Positions 43,951 through 53,848 of a stretch of 64,000 bases of DNA are shown here, piece after piece (within the stretch, counting starts at the first letter, position 1; the number at the start of each line of letters is the position of its first letter). The notes under the pieces are model-generated. The model was not told the origin of the DNA. It ran no database searches and worked only from the letters and a program-made list of their open reading frames with translations. The position numbers and the translations under genes were made by a program. The DNA comes from Halobacteria archaeon (lineage in GTDB: Archaea; Halobacteriota; Syntropharchaeia; JACQPP01). Where the stretch lies: the NCBI GenBank assembly GCA_038869515.1, contig JAWCQZ010000003.1, positions 193,652-257,651 on the forward strand. The letters run 5' to 3'.

Positions 43951-44853
43951 TCATCGCAGCAATCTTCCGATCAACCAATCCGGGTCGAACGGCTGGAGGT
44001 CGCCGTAGCCCTGTCCGGTTCCGATGTAGAGGAGCGGCTTGCGCGTCACGTGGGCGATGGAGAGCGCGCAGCCCCCCTTCGGGTCGGCGTCGAACTTGGT
44101 GAGGACCGACCCGGCAACGTCGAGGGCCCCGTGGAACTCGCGGGCGCGGGCGAGGGCGTCGCTTCCGGCGGTGGCGTCGTCCACGAAAACCACCGCCCGC
44201 GGCTTGGTGACCCGGACAATCTTCTTCAGTTGCTCCATGAGGTTCTCGTCGGTGTGGATTCGGCCCGCCGTGTCGGCGAGGACCAGGTCGATGTTCCGGG
44301 CCCGGGCGTACTCGACCGCGTCGGTCACCACCGCCGCCGGATCGGAGCCGTAGTCGTGGGCGATGACCCGGAGCCCGAGGCGGTCCCCGTGGATTTTCAA
44401 CTGCTCCACCGCCCCCGCGCGATAGGTATCGGCCGAGGCGAGCACGACCGACCGGCCCTGGCCCCGGAACCGGGAGGCCATCTTGGCGACGGTGGTGGTC
44501 TTGCCGGTCCCGTTGACGCCGGCGAAGACAACGACGGCCGGCCCGTCGCCGGCGAGGCCCGCTTCGAACCTCCCGGCGGCCCCCGGGGGCCCCAGCACCG
44601 TCCCGAGGGCGGCCCGGAGAGCCGCGGCCACGGCGTCCTCGGTTCCCCGGCCGCGGGCCACCCGGGTGCCCGCCAGCCCGTTGCGCATCTCGGCCGCCAG
44701 GGCTTCGGCGGCCTCCAGGGCCACGTCGCTCTCCACCAGGGAGAGGACCATCTCCTCCAGCGGCCCGGAGAGGTCCGCCTCGGTGAGCTCCTTCTCCGCG
44801 ACCGAGCCCAGTGCCCGGGCGAAACCCTGGAACCGCTCCCGGAGGCGCAGCAT
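43951..44853 (-). CDS. ftsY: Signal recognition particle receptor FtsY
   Basis: 300 aa. GVNGTGKTTT, DTAGR, TKFD SRP-GTPase motifs. Confidence 0.9.
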   Translation of the reverse strand: MLRLRERFQGFARALGSVAEKELTEADLSGPLEEMVLSLVESDVALEAAEALAAEMRNGLAGTRVARGRGTEDAVAAALRAALGTVLGPPGAAGRFEAGLAGDGPAVVVFAGVNGTGKTTTVAKMASRFRGQGRSVVLASADTYRAGAVEQLKIHGDRLGLRVIAHDYGSDPAAVVTDAVEYARARNIDLVLADTAGRIHTDENLMEQLKKIVRVTKPRAVVFVDDATAGSDALARAREFHGALDVAGSVLTKFDADPKGGCALSIAHVTRKPLLYIGTGQGYGDLQPFDPDWLIGRLLR

Positions 44854-45275
44854 CAGCCCTGTTCTTGGGCTTGCTGGACGACGGAGGCCAGTTCGGCCTG
44901 GACCCGCTCCTCCTCGTCCTCCAGGCGGGCGAGCCCCTCGACGAGGCGCTGGTGGACCGCAGCCAGCTCCTCCTTGCGCTTCTGGAGGGCCGCCAGAGCG
45001 TCGGCGGGGCTCCTCTCCGCGCTCACTCCGGCCCCCAGGTCCGCGAGGACCTTGTCGGTCCGTGCGATCGTGGCGAAGAGGTAGGTCCCGGCCCCAACGG
45101 GAACCAGGAGGTCCCCATCCTTGGCCATCTTCTGCAACTCCTCCAGGGTGGCGACCGCCCTCTCGTGCTCCGCGAGCGTCGCCTGGACCATCCCCACCTG
45201 CTGGGCGATGGCGTTGGCCTGCGCCTGGAGGGCGCGCAGTTGGGCCGCCATCTCCTGAAGGGCTTCTTGAGCCAT
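44853..45275 (-). CDS. pfdA: Prefoldin alpha subunit
   Basis: 140 aa. Coiled coil, beta-hairpins (LLVPVGAGTYLFATI), coiled coil. Shows the conserved archaeal pfdA-ftsY linkage (TGATG junction). Confidence 0.85.
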   Translation of the reverse strand: MAQEALQEMAAQLRALQAQANAIAQQVGMVQATLAEHERAVATLEELQKMAKDGDLLVPVGAGTYLFATIARTDKVLADLGAGVSAERSPADALAALQKRKEELAAVHQRLVEGLARLEDEEERVQAELASVVQQAQEQG

Positions 45276-45317
45276 CGGGAGTGGTTGGCGGGATTCCGCC
45301 TTTAAGTTGCGGGTCGG

Positions 45318-45518
45318 CTATTTCCGCTCTTCCGGCTCCGCCTCGTCTTCCTCGTAGATGTAGCCGACCTCGAGGGTCGTGAGGCCGGAGTCCTCGTCCT
45401 GGCCCGCGTTCAGGGCGTGGGAGTGGTCCTGGTACTTCTTGACGAGGTTGTCGAGGCGGCCCTTCAGCCGCTTGACCTCCTCCTCGAGTTGGGCGATTTT
45501 TTCATCGGCCTGGGCCAT
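45318..45518 (-). CDS. Small acidic coiled-coil protein, unknown function
   Basis: 66 aa with good GC3 codon usage. KIAQLEEEVKRLKGRLDNLVKKY followed by an acidic tail. Confidence 0.55.
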   Translation of the reverse strand: MAQADEKIAQLEEEVKRLKGRLDNLVKKYQDHSHALNAGQDEDSGLTTLEVGYIYEEDEAEPEERK

Positions 45519-45669
45519 GGGCGTGGGCTCTCCCAGGTCGAATCGGTATAAGAACTTTCCGAAAGAAGTCCCGGTCCTCTCGGAAACCCTCTCGTCCCGC
45601 CGGGACGACTCCGTCGTTGCCGACGGGACGCGCGTGAACGCTTTCCGTCGCGCGCGACTGGACCGGCAA

Positions 45670-46629
45670 CTAGAGACGGTCCCAGCGCTTGCGGCCGAGG
45701 AACTTCAGGGCCACGATGATGACCGCCACGACCACGATGGCGGGGACCACGGTCCCGCTGATGAACGACCCGAATCCCGCGCCGCCGACTTTCTCCTTCA
45801 GGTTGCCTTCGACCCGCTGGGCCAGTTTGATGGCGTCGTTGCAGTTGTCGAGAATGGACTGGTTCTCGGTCCCGGCCCGCAGTTTGGCGTAGTCGTCCTT
45901 GGCCCGCTTCAGGTTCTTTTCGGCCTGGTCCAGGAGGTCCTGCTCGCTCGCGAGGTCGGCGGATCGGAGGCCCGCGTCCCGGGCGTCCCGGTCCATGAAC
46001 CGCCGGGACTTGGCCAGGGCGGCGTCGGCCTCCTGGAAGCACGACTCGATGCGGCCGAGGACCGCCGAGGTGATGGCGCGGGTCTCCGCCACCACGGTGC
46101 AGAGTTCCGTGCCGCCCCTCTCCTGGCGGATGCGCAGGAAGGAGCGCTCCTCCTGGATGGAGATGGGCGGGACCTCGCCGGTGACCTGGATGACGAGGCT
46201 CCTGGGCATGTCGCCTTTGGTCGCCACTGTGGAGGTGTTGTTGCCGGTCCCGGTGCTGATGGAGATGTCGCGCTTTCGCACGATGAGGACCGGGGCCTTT
46301 CCGGTGGGGTCGGCGAGAATCTTCGAATCGAAGGCGCAGGAGGATGTGGTCGGCTGCGGATGGGGCCCGCAGGGTGTGCCGTCCGCGCTGGTGGACCACT
46401 GGGGGTTGTTTAGGACCGAGAAGATGGTGAAGTTGTAATCCTCTTTGTCGAGGTTGTCCATCGTCGCCCGGACCGTCACCAGGTCCCCCACGTTGTAGGT
46501 CTGCATGTCGGGGGAGAACCGGACGGCGGTGACGTCGATAAGGCGGCACGCCGAGAGCTGGGCTTCTGCAGGGAAGACCGCGAACAGGAGCAGCGCTCCC
46601 AAGACGAGACCGGGAGCTGGGATTCTCAT
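45670..46629 (-). CDS. Type I membrane protein (signal peptide, Cys-containing extracellular region with a helical segment, C-terminal TM anchor), immediately downstream of cetZ
   Basis: Last 319 aa of track ORF 45670..46962. MRIPAPGLVLGALLLFAVFPAEAQ... then ...GSFISGTVVPAIVVVAVIIVALKFLGRKRWDRL. Starts 5 nt after the cetZ stop. Confidence 0.75.
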   Translation of the reverse strand: MRIPAPGLVLGALLLFAVFPAEAQLSACRLIDVTAVRFSPDMQTYNVGDLVTVRATMDNLDKEDYNFTIFSVLNNPQWSTSADGTPCGPHPQPTTSSCAFDSKILADPTGKAPVLIVRKRDISISTGTGNNTSTVATKGDMPRSLVIQVTGEVPPISIQEERSFLRIRQERGGTELCTVVAETRAITSAVLGRIESCFQEADAALAKSRRFMDRDARDAGLRSADLASEQDLLDQAEKNLKRAKDDYAKLRAGTENQSILDNCNDAIKLAQRVEGNLKEKVGGAGFGSFISGTVVPAIVVVAVIIVALKFLGRKRWDRL

Positions 46630-46634
46630 GTGCT

Positions 46635-47825
46635 TCAGAAGAGGGGCTTCAGGTCCCCTTCGCTGCTGAGGAGGTCGGTGACCTTCTTGTCCTTCTTGGT
46701 TGCGAACTCCTTGATCCGGTCCTGGGCCTCCAGGGCCTGCTTCTGGAGCTCCTTGATGCGGGGGACCTCCGACACGCCGCTGAGGACAACGACGTCGGCC
46801 ACGTAGTTGCTTCCCGGAACCGGGTAGTCCCCTCCCCGGACCTCGGTGCCCTCGATGAGCTCCTCGATCCAGATGCGGGCCTTCTCCACCCCCTTCCGGT
46901 CGAGGTAATCGGGCGGACCCGCCACCAGCACCAGCGCCTTCTCGGCGGTGGTTACGTCGCACGGAATCGTCAGGCGGCCCATGACCGCGCGGCGGACCAG
47001 GGAGACGATGCGGGTCGTGTTGTCGAGGGTGTCGAGGCTCCCCTTCTTCTTGCCGCCCATGATTCCGCCCAGGAGGGGGACCTTTCCCGCCGGGCTGGCG
47101 GTCTTGACGTCCTCGCGGGCGTAGCCCACCGAGGAGACGCCGCCGGTGCTGAGGGTGTTGATGATCTCGGAGGCGTCCACCACCTTCTCGCCGACGCCCC
47201 GGGACGACGCGCCGCCCTCCTCGCCCGCCCCCAGGATGATGCTGAACCTCCGGGCGATCTCCTCGTTCATGGCGCGGTAGGACTCGTGGAGGGTCGCCCC
47301 CTCGACCTTCCAGGCGTCGTTGTCAAAGAGGAACAGGTTGTCCACCTCCTTGACCAGCGTCATGAGGCTGCGCGCCGCGTTCAGGGAGTAGAGGGCCCCT
47401 TCGTCGTTGCTCGGCAGGACGCCGATGGAGTAGACCGGCTCGGTGTAGAGCTTCTTCAGCCGCCGGGCCAGAACCGGCGCGCCGCCGGAGCCGGTCCCGC
47501 CCCCGAGGCTGGAGCAGATGAAGAAGGCGTCCACCTTGTGGGTCCCGCGCCGGTCGATGGCGCTCTGGATGGTGTAGATGTCGTCGGCGGCGACCTTGGC
47601 GCCCAACTCGTTGTCGGCGCCGACCCCGTGCCCCTTGGCGACGGTCTGGCCGATGAGGAGGCGGTCCTCCATCGGGACGTACTTGAGGCCCATGAGGTCG
47701 GTCTGGGCGGTGTTGATTGCCATCGCCCGCACGATGCTCTTGCTGCCGGTCCGGAGCTGGTACTCCAGGAAGAGGTCCACAATTTTGCCCCCCGCCTGCC
47801 CGAAACCGATGAGGAATACTTTCAT
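46635..47825 (-). CDS. cetZ: Tubulin/FtsZ-superfamily protein CetZ
   Basis: 396 aa. MKVFLIGFGQAGGKI..., GGGTGSG signature and a CetZ-type C-terminal tail. Confidence 0.9.
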   Translation of the reverse strand: MKVFLIGFGQAGGKIVDLFLEYQLRTGSKSIVRAMAINTAQTDLMGLKYVPMEDRLLIGQTVAKGHGVGADNELGAKVAADDIYTIQSAIDRRGTHKVDAFFICSSLGGGTGSGGAPVLARRLKKLYTEPVYSIGVLPSNDEGALYSLNAARSLMTLVKEVDNLFLFDNDAWKVEGATLHESYRAMNEEIARRFSIILGAGEEGGASSRGVGEKVVDASEIINTLSTGGVSSVGYAREDVKTASPAGKVPLLGGIMGGKKKGSLDTLDNTTRIVSLVRRAVMGRLTIPCDVTTAEKALVLVAGPPDYLDRKGVEKARIWIEELIEGTEVRGGDYPVPGSNYVADVVVLSGVSEVPRIKELQKQALEAQDRIKEFATKKDKKVTDLLSSEGDLKPLF

Positions 47826-47850
47826 GGTGAGTCCCCGTTATCAAGGTCCG

Positions 47851-47865
47851 CTTATATATTTTATT
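47851..47865 (-). promoter_or_regulatory. TATA box (AATAAAATATATAAG on the minus strand) about 30 nt upstream of the cetZ ATG
   Basis: Strongest AT-rich element in the window, at canonical spacing. Confidence 0.55.
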
Positions 47866-47929
47866 ACCAGCGAAGAGACCTATATGAACCACAGGACTGG
47901 AGTAACCGGACGCTATCGTTTTTCGAAGG

Positions 47930-48613
47930 CTACAGCCGCTTCTGGCACCTCGGGACGTTGCTGAAGGGGTTCCGGAGCCGGACCTCACGGGCAGGGAAGG
48001 CCACCGTGTCACCGATTTTCCTCAAACCGGCCAGGGGAAACTCCCGTCCCGGCTCGATTTGGACCTCCACGACCTGGCCCCCCTCCACCAGCAGGTCCAC
48101 CACCAGCCCCAGGGGGGCCCCGCCGGCGTCGATGAGGGGCCGCCCCGCGAGTTCGCGGCCGGTAAGCACCCTCCTCCGGATTCGGGAGAGGCCCGCGGCG
48201 ACCGCCTTCTCCCGCTCCCGGGCGTCGTCCGCGGAGGTCCCGAGGAGCCGGGCGACGGAGGGGAGGTCCCCCAGGTCGGAGAGATTCCGCTGCTCCCGGG
48301 CGAGGCTGGCGAAGACCACCACCTGGGAGAATGCGAAGGGGTAGGCCGGGGCGTGGGCTCCATGGAGGGCCCGCGCCTGCCTGCTCCCGGGGGTCGCGAG
48401 GAAGTCCGCCGCCGCGGCGGCCAGGGCCTCCTGGACCCCCTCCAGGGTGCAGGGGGAGAGCAGGTCGGAAGAGGAGACCACCCGAAGATAGTGATCGAGG
48501 GCCTTCCGGTCCACCGGCTCCAGCAGGAAATTCCAGGGGAAGAAGCGGGCCCCGAGGTAGTTGTGGAGTTTGCCCACGGTCTCTGCGGAGGGGCCGACGG
48601 GGGCGTCACCCAT
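47930..48613 (-). CDS. PRC-barrel domain protein with an uncharacterised ~150-aa N-terminal region
   Basis: 227 aa. The C-terminus VLTGRELAGRPLIDAGGAPLGLVVDLLVEGGQVVEVQIEPGR matches the PRC-barrel consensus. Confidence 0.75.
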   Translation of the reverse strand: MGDAPVGPSAETVGKLHNYLGARFFPWNFLLEPVDRKALDHYLRVVSSSDLLSPCTLEGVQEALAAAAADFLATPGSRQARALHGAHAPAYPFAFSQVVVFASLAREQRNLSDLGDLPSVARLLGTSADDAREREKAVAAGLSRIRRRVLTGRELAGRPLIDAGGAPLGLVVDLLVEGGQVVEVQIEPGREFPLAGLRKIGDTVAFPAREVRLRNPFSNVPRCQKRL

Positions 48614-48682
48614 CAGACGGGGTCGGCGGGGGGTGGGAAATTGTTGCCGCTCTCCGCGGTTCCCGCTCCGCGTTGGAAACGG

Positions 48683-49558
48683 CTACCTTCGCCCGAACAA
48701 CCGGAACCGGGAGGGCGGCAGGGCCCCCGCGTCGGCCGATTGGTCCTTGCAGAGCCGCCAGACCCACCGGCCGAAGTCGGTGAGGGAGAATCGGTGGCTC
48801 CGCGCCTCCACCAGGTGGTAGTCCCAGGAGTCGTCGGTGAGCATCTCCAGGGCCCTCCGGATGCCCTTGGCGTAGTCCTCCCGGAGGAGGGACTGCATCT
48901 CCTGGTCCGCGGCGTTCAACTTCCGCTCGATCTCCTCGACCGTCAGACCCCGCTCGGACTGGGCGAGGACCTCCAGGACCTGGGACGTGTATTCCCGGCT
49001 CTGGACCCGCTTCCAGGCGTTGTCCATCTCGTTCTCCCTCCCCAGCCGCTTCTTCGCGGCCTCCTGCAGGACCAGGGTGGCGTAGTTGAGGGCCGCGAGG
49101 GCCGAGGTGTCGTCCACGGCGTCGGGGACCGTGATGCCGTTGGCGGAGATGGTCGCCCGCTGGAACTCGATGGCCTCCCGGGGCTGGCCCAGGAGGAGTT
49201 CGGTGACCGCCCGGAAGTAGTCCTCCCGCAGGGGCTCCCGCTCCACGTCGTAGGGGAATAGGGAGCCCCTCCGGACATCTAGGCTCGGGGCGAAGTCGGA
49301 GACCAGTTCGAGGAGGTCCCGCTGGATGCCCACCAGGTGGGCGGCGGCCGTGTCCCGTTCGTCGATGGCCCGCCGGAGGGTCCGGGCCTCCTGCTCCAGC
49401 TGGAACTGGAGTTTTCCGCTGATCCCCCGCCGGAGGAGGCGGTCAATCTCATCGAGGCGCGTCTTCTCCGGAGCCTGGGTGGCGGTCTTCTGCTTCGCCT
49501 TCCAATACTCGGCCGCCAGGAAGTTGGCACGCTCGTTGAAGGAGCCTCGGGGGGCCAT
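48683..49558 (-). CDS. Hypothetical protein with a probable C-terminal winged-helix domain
   Basis: 291 aa with balanced composition. ...YTSQVLEVLAQSERGLTVEEIERKL... looks wHTH-like. Confidence 0.7.
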   Translation of the reverse strand: MAPRGSFNERANFLAAEYWKAKQKTATQAPEKTRLDEIDRLLRRGISGKLQFQLEQEARTLRRAIDERDTAAAHLVGIQRDLLELVSDFAPSLDVRRGSLFPYDVEREPLREDYFRAVTELLLGQPREAIEFQRATISANGITVPDAVDDTSALAALNYATLVLQEAAKKRLGRENEMDNAWKRVQSREYTSQVLEVLAQSERGLTVEEIERKLNAADQEMQSLLREDYAKGIRRALEMLTDDSWDYHLVEARSHRFSLTDFGRWVWRLCKDQSADAGALPPSRFRLFGRR

Positions 49559-49710
49559 GGTCAGACCCGTTGCGCCCCCTGAACGTAAATCACCCGTTCC
49601 GGTCCCATCCCCCGGAGTGCACCCGGCGCAGCATATCGGTTACCCGGGCTCTTCGGGCGCGGCGTCTCTGTTTTGCGAAAGGTTTTGGGTCGCGACCGCC
49701 TCTCGGCGCC

Positions 49711-50547
49711 ATGGTCTCCACCGCTCTGGCCGCCGCCCTCGGGATGGTCGCATTCGCGGCCGCCTTCAGCTTCCTGCTGGGCCCCCTGGGCCGGAGGTGG
49801 GGGACCCTCGGCGCCACCCGCAGGCTGGCGCTCGCGGCCCTCGTCGGGCTCGGGATCCCGGTCGCCCTCCGGCCGCCCTGGGAGGCGCTCGACGTTCTCC
49901 TGCCCCGGGCGTCCCTCCTGCTCCAGACCCTCGTTCTCATCGGCGCCTCCATGGGCTCGGCGAGCCTCCTCGAGCCCCGCCTCGGCAAGAGCGAATACCG
50001 CGTCCTCTTCCACGCCCTGGCGGGCGTCATCGTCCTCTTCCTCCTGTGGCGGGACCCCGGCGTCGCGCTGGGGGCGATCGCCCTCACCTTCTCCCTCTAC
50101 CTCATCGCGGAGCGGGTCCGGCAGGCCCCCGACCCCAACCCGCTCACCGAGTTCGTGAAGCGGGTCATCGACCGGGCGGTCCGGCCCGAGGAGGGGAAGT
50201 GGTACACCCCCACCCCCCTCTTCCTCGCCGGCTCGATGGCGGTCATCGTGGCGTGGCCCGGGCAGGCCGTCGCCTCGGTGGCGGTCCTGGCGTTCGGAGA
50301 CCCCGTCGCCGCCCTCGCCGGCTCCCGCTGGGGGGGCCGCAGGTTGCCCTGGAACCGCGACAAGTCGTGGGTGGGGACCGGCGCCTTCGCGGGGGTCGCC
50401 CTCGCCACGGCGCTCCTGCTCGGAAAACCCGCCTTCCCCGCCCTCGCCGTGGGGGTCGCCGCGGCCCTCGCCGAGTCCCTCCCCGGCCGGATGGACAACC
50501 TGCTGATCCCGCTGGCGGCCGGAATCACGGGAGAAACCCTTAAGTAA
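49711..50547 (+). CDS. Dolichol kinase / CTP-dependent polyprenol kinase family membrane protein
   Basis: Track ORF 49570..50547 trimmed to ATG 49711. Multi-pass. AFGDPVAALAGSRWGGRRLPWNRDKSWVGTGAF resembles the cytidylyltransferase-family-1/dolichol kinase signature. Confidence 0.7.
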   Translation: MVSTALAAALGMVAFAAAFSFLLGPLGRRWGTLGATRRLALAALVGLGIPVALRPPWEALDVLLPRASLLLQTLVLIGASMGSASLLEPRLGKSEYRVLFHALAGVIVLFLLWRDPGVALGAIALTFSLYLIAERVRQAPDPNPLTEFVKRVIDRAVRPEEGKWYTPTPLFLAGSMAVIVAWPGQAVASVAVLAFGDPVAALAGSRWGGRRLPWNRDKSWVGTGAFAGVALATALLLGKPAFPALAVGVAAALAESLPGRMDNLLIPLAAGITGETLK

Positions 50548-50739
50548 TCACGGGAACGGAGGGTCAAACAGGGACGGAGTGGTGCTCCGTCATGTGGTCG
50601 CCGGGCGCGTCCTGCGCCCCGCGACGCGTCGTGGAACCTAAGGCGTCGGCCTCGATGGGCGCAGAGCAACCGATGAGAGGCAGAGGCTCCAGCCACGACC
50701 CAACGTGGAGACGTGAGGAACGCATCGGCGTTCATGTCT

Positions 50740-50753
50740 GACGCGGGCCCCGG
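50740..50753 (+). other. 5' arm of the 16S rRNA processing stem
   Basis: GACGCGGGCCCCGG is the exact reverse complement of 52315..52328. Confidence 0.7.
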
Positions 50754-50828
50754 TCGAAGCCTCAGCGAGGCTTCGAAAGAACTCTTGCGATTCATCCGTC
50801 GGCGGCGCGAATCGCGCCCGCCGACAAA

Positions 50829-52303
<1,475 letters not shown>

Positions 52304-52314
52304 ATACAATTACT

Positions 52315-52328
52315 CCGGGGCCCGCGTC
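52315..52328 (+). other. 3' arm of the 16S rRNA processing stem
   Basis: CCGGGGCCCGCGTC is complementary to 50740..50753. Confidence 0.7.
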
Positions 52329-52405
52329 TACGTTTCCACTCCCGGCGCCGAGCAACGGAGTCGTTGCCGACGGAACGAGAGGGTTTCCGCGTGGAGCGCG
52401 GCAAC

Positions 52406-52654
52406 TCAGACGAACAGCCTCTTCTCCAACTCCTGAATCCTTCCTTCCACCCTCCGGATAATCCGCCCGTGCTGGTCGTGGGCCCGCACCAGTTCATCCA
52501 CGATTTCCGCCGAGACCCCGGCCCCCTTCGTCTCCTCAATTTGTCGCTCCAGGACCCGGCGGGAGGCCTTTTCCTCGATGACTTGGTTGCCGAGGACCCT
52601 GCGTTCCTGGTGGGCGTCATCGCCTCTGGGGGGAGGGGCGAGGGTGGTTGCCAT
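52406..52654 (-). CDS. Small helical protein, unknown function
   Basis: 82 aa. ATG with reasonable codon usage, predicted all-helical (…RRVLERQIEETKG…RIIRRVEGRIQELEKRL). Confidence 0.5.
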   Translation of the reverse strand: MATTLAPPPRGDDAHQERRVLGNQVIEEKASRRVLERQIEETKGAGVSAEIVDELVRAHDQHGRIIRRVEGRIQELEKRLFV

Positions 52655-52731
52655 GGCCTTTCTATCTCTCTCCCGCAGGCAGATGAATCCCCTCGGAATC
52701 CGGGGTGAATGTGATCTACCCCTACCCGAGG

Positions 52732-53058
52732 CTACCTCACAATCTCCGCCACAATCTTGTCCTTCCCCTCCGGCTGGACCCGCACCGGCGTCCCCTTCCG
52801 TATCCCCAGGAACTTCGCCAGGCGCGTCGGCAGCCGGACCATCAGGGAGTTTCCCGCCACCCCCACCTTCCCGGAGGCATGGAGGCCGAAAAGGCCCCTC
52901 TGCTTGGCTTTCTCCTGGATGGCGTCCACCGTGGCCTCATCGAACCACTCTTCGCCGCACCGGGGGCACCGGTAGCCCCGGTAGGTCCCGATTCGGACCC
53001 CGTGGACCTCCATTGGAATCCGGGCTTGCCGCGCCTCCGCGCCGCAAATGCATTTCAT
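52732..53058 (-). CDS. MqsA/YgiT-type zinc-ribbon fused to an AbrB/SpoVT-type DNA-binding domain
   Basis: Last 108 aa of track ORF 52732..53364. MKCICGAEA...YRCPRCGEEWFDEATV (CxC...CxxC), then GNSLMVRLPTRLAKFLGIRKGTPVRVQPEGKDKIVAEI (swapped-hairpin AbrB motif). Confidence 0.8.
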   Translation of the reverse strand: MKCICGAEARQARIPMEVHGVRIGTYRGYRCPRCGEEWFDEATVDAIQEKAKQRGLFGLHASGKVGVAGNSLMVRLPTRLAKFLGIRKGTPVRVQPEGKDKIVAEIVR

Positions 53059-53082
53059 AGTCCCACCGCCGCGGGAAATACA

Positions 53083-53721
53083 GTGGCCACCCGGGACAGG
53101 TCCCCGGGCGTGTTGGATTTGCAATTGGACAAGGGTCGCCCCCTCTCCGAGCCCCTCGACGGTCCTGCGGCGACGTTCCACCGGAGACTCGCGAAGAAGC
53201 ACGACGCCTGGGTCGGCGGATGCCTCTACGAAGGGGCCCCGCGCGGGTGCTTCGATACGTTTTTGCTGGCGGGCCCCGATGGCTCCGAGTTCACCCACCG
53301 CAAACGCACCCCTTTCGGCTGGGAGAACTATTTTTTCGAACCCGGGACCGACCCCATCGTCCACGAGACGCCCCCCGGCAAGGTGGCGCTGGTGGTCTGC
53401 GCCGAGTCCTTCGACGCCCGGCTCCTGCGGGAGGCCGCGGCCGCCAAGCCCGACCTGGCCCTCATCGGCTACTCCGCTCCCGGCGGCGCCGGCTGGCTCC
53501 AGAAAATCCCGGGAGGCCTGCCCCGCGACGTGCTCCGGCGCACCTCCGCCCGGTGGGCCCGGGTCTGCGGGGCCCCGGTGGTGGTCTCCAGCGTCGCCGG
53601 GACGTGGAGGTCGGGGATTCCGGGCATCCCGTTCAAGGTCCGGATGGAGTTCCTGGGCCAGAGCGGCCTCCTCGATCCCTCCGGACGCCCATCTCGGTTC
53701 TGGAGCGGGAGGCGGGGGTAG
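53083..53721 (+). CDS. Carbon-nitrogen hydrolase (nitrilase superfamily) fragment lacking the N-terminal catalytic-Glu segment. Possibly a pseudogene.
   Basis: Only the frame from GTG 53083 is free of the AbrB gene. ...FTHRKRTPFGWE... (Lys) and KVALVVCAES (Cys) are present, but the usual ~45-aa N-terminal strand-helix with the catalytic Glu has no room. Confidence 0.5.
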   Translation: MATRDRSPGVLDLQLDKGRPLSEPLDGPAATFHRRLAKKHDAWVGGCLYEGAPRGCFDTFLLAGPDGSEFTHRKRTPFGWENYFFEPGTDPIVHETPPGKVALVVCAESFDARLLREAAAAKPDLALIGYSAPGGAGWLQKIPGGLPRDVLRRTSARWARVCGAPVVVSSVAGTWRSGIPGIPFKVRMEFLGQSGLLDPSGRPSRFWSGRRG

Positions 53722-53848
53722 CGGAGGGCTCGATTCCCGTCGGCCACGTTCCGCCCGCCGAGCCTCCTCCGGCGGGCCGCTGGGTCACCCGAATCCCCTG
53801 GTTTGCATCTCCCGTCGTCGCCCTCTCCCGCTGGAGGGGCTCGAAGTC

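Noticed and set aside
45613-45626. 14-mer GTCGTTGCCGACGG shared between this intergenic region and the 16S trailer (52360..52373)
   Set aside because: In a GC-biased 64-kb window, counting both strands, several 14-mer coincidences are expected by chance. The flanks do not align.
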